A stretch of DNA of 35,640 nt from Bdellovibrionota bacterium FG-2 (GTDB lineage: Bacteria; Bdellovibrionota; UBA1018), in the NCBI GenBank assembly GCA_051382305.1, contig JBBCAV010000405.1, forward strand, positions 1 to 35,640, given 5' to 3'. A program made the position numbers and the translations under genes. Numbering within the stretch: position 1 is the stretch's first letter; the number at the start of each line of letters is the position of its first letter. Shown here piece by piece: positions 27,507-35,640 of the stretch. The notes beneath the pieces were generated by a model. That model saw only the letters and a program-made list of their open reading frames with translations, made no database searches and was not told the origin of the DNA.

Positions 27507-29361
27507 TTACTCCTCCATCGTCGAAACATCCCCCACGTCTTGCCCCATGAGCTTCGCTTTTAAAACCCGTCTCATGATTTTCCCACTCCTCGTCTTCGGA
27601 AGACTTTCGGGGAAATCAATCTTCTCGGGCTTCGCAATCGCTCCCAAATGGGTCGAGACGTGCTCAATCAAAGCTACCGCAAGTTCCGGCGACCCCACTT
27701 TTTTTGCCTTCAAAATCACGAAAGCATAAATCGCGTTGCCTTTAACCTCATGAGGAATTCCAATCACCGCCGCCTCCGCCACGTCCGGATGACTCACGAG
27801 TGCACTCTCAATTTCGGCCGTGCCCAATCTGTGCCCCGCGACTTTGATCACGTCATCGGTTCGCCCAATGATCCAGTAGTACCCATCGGAGTCGCAACGA
27901 GCAGAATCGCCAGCTTTGTACCAACCCTGCGCGGCGTACTGACTCCAATACACTTGCTTATAGCGTTCAGGATCGCCATGAATTGTGCGCCATCCCCGGC
28001 CAAGGAGCCTTGAGAACGAGATTGCCCTCCTGCCCGGCCGGCAAGTCTTTTCCTTGATCATCGACGATCCCTACTTCATGGCCAAAAGAAGGTTTTGTCG
28101 CAGAACCTGGTTTAAGTGGCGTCGTGGGAAGCGGCGTAATCACAAATCCGCCCGTCTCTGTTTGCCACCAGGTATCCATGATGGGGCAACGCCCGCCGCC
28201 GATCACGCGATGATACCAGCGCCACGCTTCAGGATTAATCGGCTCACCTACGGAACCCAAAAGCCTGAGCTCACTTAAATTATGCCGCCCCGGCCATTGC
28301 TCTCCAAAGCGCATAAGGCCCCGAATCGCGGTGGGCGAAGTATAGAGAATGGTGATTCCGTATTTTTCAATCATCTGCCACCAGCGATTGGGATACGGAT
28401 GATTGGGCGCGCCCTCATACATCATTACCGTTGCGCCATTAATCAGCGGGCCATAAACGAGATAACTATGCCCCGTGATCCAGCCTGGATCCGCCGTGCA
28501 CCAGTAACGATCACGCTCCTTCAGATCAAACACGTTTCGCATAGTGCTGGCCGTGTAAACGCCGTAGCCGCCGTGCGTGTGCACCAATCCCTTGGGAGAG
28601 CCCGTCGTACCTGAAGTGTAGAGAACAAAAAGCGGGTCTTCGGCATCCATCACTTCGGTTTCGCATGCGAAATTCGTGAGCGGCAAATTCATCAAATCGT
28701 GCAACCAATAATCGCGATCACTTTCCATGACAACATTGTGGCCGGTGCGCTTTACCGTGATACACACTTCAACCGTCGGAGCTTGTTTGAGGGCTTCGTT
28801 GACGATGCCTTTGAGGTCAATAACTTTACCGCGGCGATAACCGCCATCAGCGGTGATGATGACCCGACTGCCGGCGTCCGCAATTCTTGCGGCCAAGGCT
28901 TCAAAAGAAAACCCACCATAGACCACGGAGTGCGGCGCGCCGATTTTCGCACATGCAAGCATCGCAATCGCAAGTTCCGGGATTTGGGGCATATAGATCG
29001 TGACGATCTCGCCCTTTTTTACCCCCATGCTCTTTAGGACCGCAGCAAACTTGCAGACCTCGCGGTTGAGCGCATGATACGAGTAGGTCTTCGTGTCGCC
29101 CGGCTCCCCTTCCCAAATCAAGGCAAGCTTATTGCGTTTCCAAGTCTTTACATGTCGATCCACGGCATTGTGGACGATGTTTATTTTTCCACCCGTGAAC
29201 CATTTGTAAAAAGGTTTTTGCGAGTCATCCAAAACTTTTTCCCAGGGTTTGAACCAATCAAGATGTGTGGCCTTTTCGGCCCAAAAGCCTTCGCGGTCCT
29301 TGATGGAGCGGTCATAGGTTGCAGCGTAGTCCTTGAGGTTGGTGTCGATAAGTTCGGTCAT
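27507..29361 (-). pseudogene. acs: Acetyl-CoA synthetase, frameshifted near 27990
   Basis: YTSGTTGSPKG, DPGWITGH and DTWWQTETG in one frame; RTIHGDPERY, GRTDDVIKVAGHRLGTAE and PKTRSGKIMRR in another; SD AAGGAG. Confidence 0.9.
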
Positions 29362-29392
29362 GGTTGGGTCGCTCCTTGATTTAGATGAGTAA

Positions 29393-29614
29393 ACCCCTGA
29401 GCAGGAAGCGCGCCTTGATTACGCTGTGCAGACTCAGAACGCGGAACTTCAAGCGCAAGCGCAAAACGGTCTGGAGGCCACGCAGAAGAAGTTTGAGGGT
29501 ATTGAGCGGTTCTTCCCCGTAGAGCGCGAAATTGTTGAAGCACACCAGAAGGAAGTTACACTGCGCGATGCCCGGATCAAAAAATATGAGGAAAAACTGG
29601 GCATCGTTCGGTGA
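29393..29614 (+). other. Short coiled-coil ORF or gene remnant without a clear start
   Basis: Open frame from 29393 with protein-like Glu/Gln/Lys composition; GTG at 29426; out-of-frame ATG at 29385. Confidence 0.35.
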
Positions 29615-29631
29615 ATTAGTCTCGCGATAAA

Positions 29632-30123
29632 TTAGTCGCGACCAAAAGCACCCAACGCTTTCCTGGCCACCTCATGCGAATAGCCACGCCGAAGCAGGTA
29701 CTGGTAAGCCCGCGCAAGAGCGGCGCGATCTTTGCCGCACACTTCAGGATATTTTCGCTCTAGAAGTTTCTTGGCCATATCAAGCTCTGAGACGCCGGTG
29801 AGTTCTTCTGCCGCATTACGCACTTCTTGGACGGCAAGATCCACGCCTTTTTGCTTGAGCTTAAGCCGAATTCGTACGGCGCCACGGCCTTGATTGGCCT
29901 CTTGCCGAATGAGCATCCGAGTATAGCGCGAATCATCCACGAGCTTCGCTATGACCAACCGCTTAACGGTAAAAGCTACTATTTTTTCGGAAAACCCTCT
30001 TTGGCGCAAATAACTCTCAAGCTCACGCGCCGAACCCTCCCTTCGCCCTACACGCCCAAGCGCAACGGCGTAAGCTTTGTCGGGATCGTCGGGCGAATCA
30101 GTCTTTGTGCCCCCTATGGCCAT
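29632..30123 (-). CDS. recX: Regulatory protein RecX
   Basis: RREGSAREL, LVDDSRY, RGAVRIRLKLKQKGV, YLLRRGYS. Confidence 0.88.
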   Translation of the reverse strand: MAIGGTKTDSPDDPDKAYAVALGRVGRREGSARELESYLRQRGFSEKIVAFTVKRLVIAKLVDDSRYTRMLIRQEANQGRGAVRIRLKLKQKGVDLAVQEVRNAAEELTGVSELDMAKKLLERKYPEVCGKDRAALARAYQYLLRRGYSHEVARKALGAFGRD

Positions 30124-30136
30124 CACCTCACGCCCA

Positions 30137-31501
30137 TCACTGAGCGGTGAACACCGTCTGGTAACAACCCATGGTCATGATAAACTTAGGCGAGGTCGAA
30201 TCTGCAACGGCCGACATCAAGCGCACCAAATAGTGCTTTCCTTTTTGAATTTGAGAAGGCGCGAAATTCTTATCCGCTTGCATATCTCCAATACATTTTG
30301 GGAGCCCATACTGCGTGTTGCCCTGGGAAGGGTTCGTGTGACAGCTGCTATCACCGATTGTCTTTAGTGTGCCAGTCATCGCGTTCCACCCAATTGAACC
30401 GCTGTAGGGCAAATAGCCTAGAATAAATCGATGATCTCCAGAATTATCAAAATGGAAACTCTGAAAATCGTTTCCGTCAGTCTGAAAACGACCTGCTCTC
30501 CAAATGACACCGGCCGGGACAACCCAACCCTTATAAGCCCCGCTGCTCACGACCGGCTCTCCGCTCGTGGCAAAACAGTATTGTTCACCGTTGATAGGAT
30601 TCCCCACCTTGTTACAAGGAACAACTTCCCAAACCAAAAAATTATTAGCCTTGCCTTCGTAGCCATCCCAACCACCCGTTACGGGGCCGAGATCAAAGTA
30701 TTCCATGTGCGGGCCTGAGGTTACGATATAATGGGCTTTGCCTTGCTGTTGCTCCTGAGGCGTTTGAGTAGAGCGAAGTTGCAAATCCACGCAACTAAAC
30801 CCGTTAGCAACAGGGGGAGCCGTGGGCTTTGGCGTGCAAACATCCGCAAACTTCGGCAACACACCCGCGCCACATTGCTTATACGTCGCTAGCTCATCCG
30901 TCGATTTATCAATCACCACTGAATACCCCGAAACGCGCGCCAACTTCTGCCAAGGACTCGAGAACTCGAACCCGCCACACTGGGAGAGAATCTGGGCATT
31001 GATTTCACCCCAATGCTCTTGTGGACAAGGGGCCAGCGCTAAAACACCGTCATGGCTTTTTCCGCTTACGCGGAACTCAAACACAAAATTCTTAACTTGC
31101 GAAGACGGTTGCCAGCAAACATCTGCCGAAAAAGTGCCACCCGCATCAACAAAAGGAACGACAGTTCCATCGATCGTATTAAAAGGTCGAGGCTGAAACA
31201 CCCGGTAATCCAAACTAAAATCAAACGAAGCAGCAGGTTTGAAGGGCACTGGGCGCACGAGCCAAGAAAGATACTTAGTCCTCCCGCCAGGGCCAAAATA
31301 TAGTTTCCCCACGATCGTGGTCTTTTGATAACCCCGCGCACACACGCCTGAGGCCGGAGCACGCTCAACCTTCACGCTATTGCCCCCGCTATTGCCGGAA
31401 TTACCAGAATTGCCGGCATAAACCGCAAACATTGCAGCCCCCGCAACGACGACAACCCCAACAGCCGCAAGAAACCTGACAGACTTAAATCGATTGGACA
31501 T
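30137..31501 (-). CDS. Exported Cys-containing beta-rich hypothetical protein with GNS linker and RAPAS motif
   Basis: SD AAGGGGAG before ATG 31501; signal or anchor helix; GNSGNSGNSGGNS; many Cys. Confidence 0.75.
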   Translation of the reverse strand: MSNRFKSVRFLAAVGVVVVAGAAMFAVYAGNSGNSGNSGGNSVKVERAPASGVCARGYQKTTIVGKLYFGPGGRTKYLSWLVRPVPFKPAASFDFSLDYRVFQPRPFNTIDGTVVPFVDAGGTFSADVCWQPSSQVKNFVFEFRVSGKSHDGVLALAPCPQEHWGEINAQILSQCGGFEFSSPWQKLARVSGYSVVIDKSTDELATYKQCGAGVLPKFADVCTPKPTAPPVANGFSCVDLQLRSTQTPQEQQQGKAHYIVTSGPHMEYFDLGPVTGGWDGYEGKANNFLVWEVVPCNKVGNPINGEQYCFATSGEPVVSSGAYKGWVVPAGVIWRAGRFQTDGNDFQSFHFDNSGDHRFILGYLPYSGSIGWNAMTGTLKTIGDSSCHTNPSQGNTQYGLPKCIGDMQADKNFAPSQIQKGKHYLVRLMSAVADSTSPKFIMTMGCYQTVFTAQ

Positions 31502-31526
31502 GGCGATGTGCTCTCCCCTTAGTTTC

Positions 31527-31554
31527 CTTTCGGCTGAGAGCCGCAATGACTTGA
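31527..31554 (-). promoter_or_regulatory. Sigma28 (FliA)-like promoter
   Basis: TCAA-N16-GCCGAAAG. Confidence 0.5.
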
Positions 31555-31591
31555 ATGCGCCAAAATATTGACGAAGTTGTAGAATGCCTCG

Positions 31592-31889
31592 CTAATTGAG
31601 GGACTTTCCGATACCGCGTGCGATCCTAAGTGCGTTTGCCATAATAGTCACCTGGGGATTAACACCCAAGGGCCCCGGAATCACGGAGCCATCTACAATG
31701 AAAAGATTATCGCCCCCCCCAAACCTTGCCCTGGGAGGACACTACGGAGTTGCTTGCATCCGTGCCCATCACACACGTCCCGAGTGGATGATGCGCAGAA
31801 AGGGTTAAGAAGTCTCGCGCGCGAAACCACGTTTGAGCGAAACGAGTGGCATCAAACGACCCTACGATTTTTTCATAACCCAGTACCGG
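31592..31889 (-). pseudogene. C-terminal remnant of a GMC oxidoreductase (not in the ORF track)
   Basis: Manual translation PVLGYEK...SAHHPLGTCVMGTDASNSVVSSQGKVWG/GDNLFIVDGSVIPGPLGVNPQVTIMANALRIARGIGKSLN*; frameshift in the G8 run at 31713-20. Confidence 0.88.
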
Positions 31890-32728
31890 GGCATGCCGTC
31901 TTCTGTTACCAGCTTTTCAAATCGGGTTTGCTCTTGAATTTTCAAACCCGTTCGCGCTTTGGCGTTTTGCCAAAACTCTAGCAGCTCTTCTTTCGAGACA
32001 TGATTGCCGCGAAACTTCATCGTTCCGATCAAGGGCAGTTGCGCCGGATGAGTCATAACGATTTTCTGTCTGGGGTAATTGTAGACCGTACCGCCAAGAC
32101 TCCCCTGCTCGATACACAGATAAGTCTTCTTCTTTTCTAATGCCGCAAGAGCCGCGGCAAATCCTGCAGGGCCCGCGCCCACGATCAGAAGATCAACATC
32201 CGTCTTCTTAGAGGGATCAAGCATCTGGATGGCATGCCGCGCGGCGAGCGTTCCTTGTTTAATGGCATTGCGAATAAGACCCATTCCGCCCAGTTCGCCT
32301 GCGACATACAGACCCGAAACATTGGATTCGTAGCTCGCCGAAATCCGCGGAATATTTTTCCCGCGCGTTCTCGTTCCAAAAACAAGCGAAATCGCACCTC
32401 CGGGGCAGATCCGCTCGCACTCGCCGTGTCCCACGCACTTACTGGGTGGGACAAGCTCGGGGCGCCCCTGAATCATTTGAATCACTTTTTCCTCAGGACA
32501 AGCGGCGGCGCAACTCCCGCAACTAATGCAGAGGGCGCGATCAAATTCCGGGTGCAGGCCAATGGGCTCCAAAACTTGCGTGCTCGGAACTGGTGCGGCG
32601 TGCGATTTATTTCTTTTCTTCGCGATGACCTGCCAGCTTCCAAAGCCTACAAAAAGTGCAGTCCCCACCCAGTGGATGTGCTGACTCATTATATATGTGA
32701 GATTGGATAATTCATTTAACTGCTGCAT
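31862..32728 (-). pseudogene. Di-[4Fe-4S] / FAD-dependent oxidoreductase, apparently C-terminally truncated
   Basis: CISCGSCAAACP, CVGHGECERICP, GLYVAGELGGMGLIRNA, IVGAGPAG; similarity ends at EDGM, before an NAD(P)-binding half. Confidence 0.8.
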
Positions 32729-32757
32729 TTAGGAACTCACTTCCCTGCTTCGCCCAA

Positions 32758-32785
32758 ATGCTAACACAAGTTAATATTCTGTCAA
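32758..32785 (-). promoter_or_regulatory. Sigma70 promoter of the oxidoreductase
   Basis: TTGACA-16-TAGCAT with TGn. Confidence 0.5.
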
Positions 32786-33221
32786 AAAATCAACAAAAAC
32801 CCACTCCGGGGGTTGACAACTTATTGATCTGCCTAGTGTATACCAAAAAGCCTTCAGCGCAACCCTTGCGGAAAATGCTCTTAATATTTCGCAACATTGC
32901 GACACCAATGGTGAAAATACTAAGAGGAAACAATGCTCCGCCCTGGCGCACATAAAATACAATACGCTAAGCCTGTGATTTAGTTGCGCGAGGGAGCGAG
33001 AAGATTTGACTCTCAAAAACCCACGCGCGGCGAGGCTCTCGCATCCTGCAAAGCTCGCACTTCACAATCGCATTCAACGTTGACGATGGATAAGTATTCT
33101 CCAAATAACTCAACGGGGCCGCCGGGCGTGTAACTAAAAAAAGCTCAAAATAACAGGCAGATATTCGAATCACCTGTATCGATACAGGTCGCGACAGGGC
33201 GCGCTCCATGAGCATCTATCC

Positions 33222-33244
33222 AAAGTAGTACTTTATGCTAATAT
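33222..33244 (+). promoter_or_regulatory. Palindrome plus extended -10, predicted leaderless
   Basis: AAAGTA-G-TACTTT (33222-34); TGC-TAATAT(33239-44)-7 nt-ATG. Confidence 0.55.
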
Positions 33245-33251
33245 CAGCGCT

Positions 33252-34391
33252 ATGGGCTCCCATTCTTTCAAGCGCATCCTCGCCCCCCTCTCTCTGCTGA
33301 AAAAGAGCTCCTTCTTCTTATTTGGACCGCGCTCAACCGGGAAAACCTCTCTGATCAAGACTGACCTTGGCAGTAAAGCCCTGATCTTCGATCTCCTGAA
33401 AAGCTCGCTTCTGCAAAAGTTGATGACAGATCATGGGTTGTTTGAGGGCATGATTGATTTGGAGCTTCGCGCGGACCCTAAACGAAAGTACATCATCATT
33501 GATGAAGTTCACCGCCTCATTGAAGAAAGACGGTTTCGTTTCCTTCTCGGTGGTAGTAGCGCCAGAAAACTGAAAAAGGATGGAGCCAATTCGCTAGCAG
33601 GTCGCGCGTGGAAGGCTGAGCTCTTCCCCTTGACGTCTGAAGAGTTAACTGGGGAATTCGATCTGACACGCTACTTGCGTTGGGGCGGCTTACCCCGCGT
33701 TGTTACCTCGGGTGATCCCGCCGAAGAACTTGATGCCTACGTTGGAACCTATTTGAAAGAAGAAATTCAACAAGAAGGTCTCGTAAGAAAACTCCCCCAT
33801 TTTCCCAGTTTTCTACGCCTTGCGGCACTCAGTAGCGGACAGCTCCTTAATTATGAGAGTTTTTCGAAGGAAGTCGGAGTTTCAGCACCGACCATCAAGG
33901 AGTATTACTCAATCCTAATTGACACACTTTTGGCATTCGAATTGGAGCCGTTTTCTGAAACCAAGAAGCGCAAAGCCGTTTCGACTTTGAAGATTTTTCT
34001 ATTCGACCCCGGTGTTACCAATTTTTTAGCAGAAGTCGAATCCCTAGATCGCGCCAGTGATCTCTACGGTAATCGCTTAGAGCAGTTTATTGGAATGGAA
34101 CTGCGCGCCTACCTGTCTTATCGTCGCAAAAAGGATGCTTTGAGATTTTGGCGATCTCATCAGCAGGACGAGGTGGATTTTGTGATCGGGCGGCACACGG
34201 CGATTGAGGTCAAGGCGACCAAGAAGATTGATGTCAAGCACCTCAAGGGCCTACGGACGCTCAGTGACGAAGGGATCTTCGAACAGTCGATCATTGTTTC
34301 GCACGATCCCGTGCCTCACAAAAAAAATGGTATTCAGTGCATGTCCATTGAATACTTTTTGAAACAGTTATGGAGCGACAAACTTTTTTGA
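33252..34391 (+). CDS. AAA_14 ATPase with DUF4143 and C-terminal nuclease-like motif
   Basis: GPRSTGKT, IIIDE, GSS, LAGRA, YLRWGGLP, FDPGV, EVDFV...IEVK. Confidence 0.88.
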   Translation: MGSHSFKRILAPLSLLKKSSFFLFGPRSTGKTSLIKTDLGSKALIFDLLKSSLLQKLMTDHGLFEGMIDLELRADPKRKYIIIDEVHRLIEERRFRFLLGGSSARKLKKDGANSLAGRAWKAELFPLTSEELTGEFDLTRYLRWGGLPRVVTSGDPAEELDAYVGTYLKEEIQQEGLVRKLPHFPSFLRLAALSSGQLLNYESFSKEVGVSAPTIKEYYSILIDTLLAFELEPFSETKKRKAVSTLKIFLFDPGVTNFLAEVESLDRASDLYGNRLEQFIGMELRAYLSYRRKKDALRFWRSHQQDEVDFVIGRHTAIEVKATKKIDVKHLKGLRTLSDEGIFEQSIIVSHDPVPHKKNGIQCMSIEYFLKQLWSDKLF

Positions 34392-34435
34392 AAATCAGCT
34401 GGGCGTGTCGTGAATCACAAATAAGAGCAAAACCA

Positions 34436-35623
34436 ATGACGAGATTCTTCATTTTCACTCTTTGTTTCGCAATTATTTCTGGCCTAGCGACAGGGGCTCA
34501 CGCCGACGAAACCACACAAGCACGCGACCGCCAAGGCGTGCATTGGGGTGGATTCCCCGTCATGAATTACTCAAGCGACTTAGGGCTCACCATCGGGGGG
34601 TTTGCCCGAAGATTTGATTATGGCGAAAAAGGGCAGGCCGGCGCGCACGACAATACGGCCCCCGCCCCCATCAACAAGCCCGCATTTGAAAATCTTTGGA
34701 CCCTTCAACTCACCCACGCCCAACAAGGTGCCAATATCGCTTTTGGCTCCTATGAAGTGACAAACGTTTCACGCTACAATTTGCGGTTCTTTACCCAAGC
34801 CATATCGTTTCAGAACGATCACCAACCCTATTTTGGCTTAGGCAATCAATCAAACTACGATCGCGCACGCACAGACACAGGCGCGTACCAGTACTTTTTT
34901 GGCAAATATGACTTCACCCAGGCCGTCCGAAAAAACGTATTAGATTTTGTTGATCTTGAGCTCAGCCTGAGTGCTTCGTCGGAAACTCAAAAGCCCACCC
35001 ACGAACTAAGCCAGTTTTCCACTGACTTTGGAAACCTAGAATCGCATCATTCCTATGCCAAATTAGGGCTTTCTGCGATCATTGATAAACGCGATTCTGA
35101 ATTTATCCCCTCACGAGGCTACCGACTCGCGGGCTCACTACTCACTTCTCCGGGGCTCACGCGAAACACCGCGAACTGGGAACGATCAGACTTTGATGCC
35201 CGTGCCTATCACCCCTTCGTTGCTTCTCGATGGCTGTGGCTTGCGGCCCAGCTCCACTACACTCAAAGCAGCGACGAAACTCCTCTACAAGACAAAGCGC
35301 GACTGGGGAGCTTCGGAACTCTTCGAGGGCTTTCTCTCGGACGCTATATTTCAAATCACTCTCTGGTCGCACGCGCAGAGCTGTGCTCGGTCTTAATTCG
35401 CCTGCGGATTTTTGATATGCCCTTCAAACTGGGCTCGGGCGTATTCGTCGATACGGGAAAAATCGGAGCTAATTTTAGTGAAATTCGCACCAACCCTTTC
35501 CACAAAAGCGTGGGCGTTTCTTTGATCGGCAGCTACTTTACGGATGATTTTCTCGGCACTGCGGACCTCGCCTTCTCCGAAGGAGGCTATGCATACTATT
35601 TAACGCTGGGGCACGCGTTTTAG
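34436..35623 (+). CDS. Omp85/BamA-TamA family barrel without POTRA domains
   Basis: Signal peptide (AHA-D), YSSDLG, DKRDSEFIPSRG, LRGLSLGRY, FVDTG, C-terminal LGHAF. Confidence 0.8.
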   Translation: MTRFFIFTLCFAIISGLATGAHADETTQARDRQGVHWGGFPVMNYSSDLGLTIGGFARRFDYGEKGQAGAHDNTAPAPINKPAFENLWTLQLTHAQQGANIAFGSYEVTNVSRYNLRFFTQAISFQNDHQPYFGLGNQSNYDRARTDTGAYQYFFGKYDFTQAVRKNVLDFVDLELSLSASSETQKPTHELSQFSTDFGNLESHHSYAKLGLSAIIDKRDSEFIPSRGYRLAGSLLTSPGLTRNTANWERSDFDARAYHPFVASRWLWLAAQLHYTQSSDETPLQDKARLGSFGTLRGLSLGRYISNHSLVARAELCSVLIRLRIFDMPFKLGSGVFVDTGKIGANFSEIRTNPFHKSVGVSLIGSYFTDDFLGTADLAFSEGGYAYYLTLGHAF

Positions 35624-35640
35624 TTTAGGCAGCGTCATCG

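Noticed and set aside
27985-27995. Programmed ribosomal frameshift in acs
   Set aside because: No slippery heptamer at the site and no precedent known to me; a simple indel explains it.
31596-31981. Plus-strand ORFs of 70 and 75 aa
   Set aside because: Antisense shadows of the GMC remnant and the oxidoreductase.
32758-33215. Short ORFs or a possible ncRNA in the long intergenic region
   Set aside because: No recognisable motifs, SD or RNA structure; TTGACA at 32813 lacks a well-spaced -10. A gene relic cannot be excluded.
23745-35640. Prophage or integrative element
   Set aside because: No integrase, transposase, phage structural genes or att/tRNA site seen.

Overview
Bacterial chromosomal window, about 50% GC. 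Gene content and many Cys-rich secreted hypotheticals suggest a Bdellovibrionota/Oligoflexia-like organism (inference only). (1) 1-6.1 kb, core: rnc(3' end)-era-der, two outer-membrane beta-barrel genes, and a YfgM-like TPR protein with a BamB-like lipoprotein. (2) 6.7-20.6 kb, an apparently uncharacterised acyl-lipid/secondary-metabolite cluster spread over both strands: carboxyltransferase, two KAS III enzymes, SDR, ACP, AMP-ligase, GH3-family amido synthetase, and export genes (LolD-like ATPase, FtsX-type permease, LolA-like protein, MFS, OM barrel), flanked by a membrane beta-helix acyltransferase. (3) 20.6-35.6 kb, accessory and partly decaying: srkA, hybrid histidine kinase, two VapBC modules, an HExxH protease-like gene with partner, frameshifted acs, recX, a truncated Fe-S/FAD oxidoreductase fused out of frame to a hidden GMC-oxidoreductase C-terminus, an AAA/DUF4143 ATPase and a POTRA-less Omp85. 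Many genes have sigma70 boxes ending 6-8 nt before the start codon (predicted leaderless mRNAs), and three have sigma28-like promoters. No rRNA, tRNA, CRISPR array or transposase was recognised. All calls rest on motif recognition; no searches were run.
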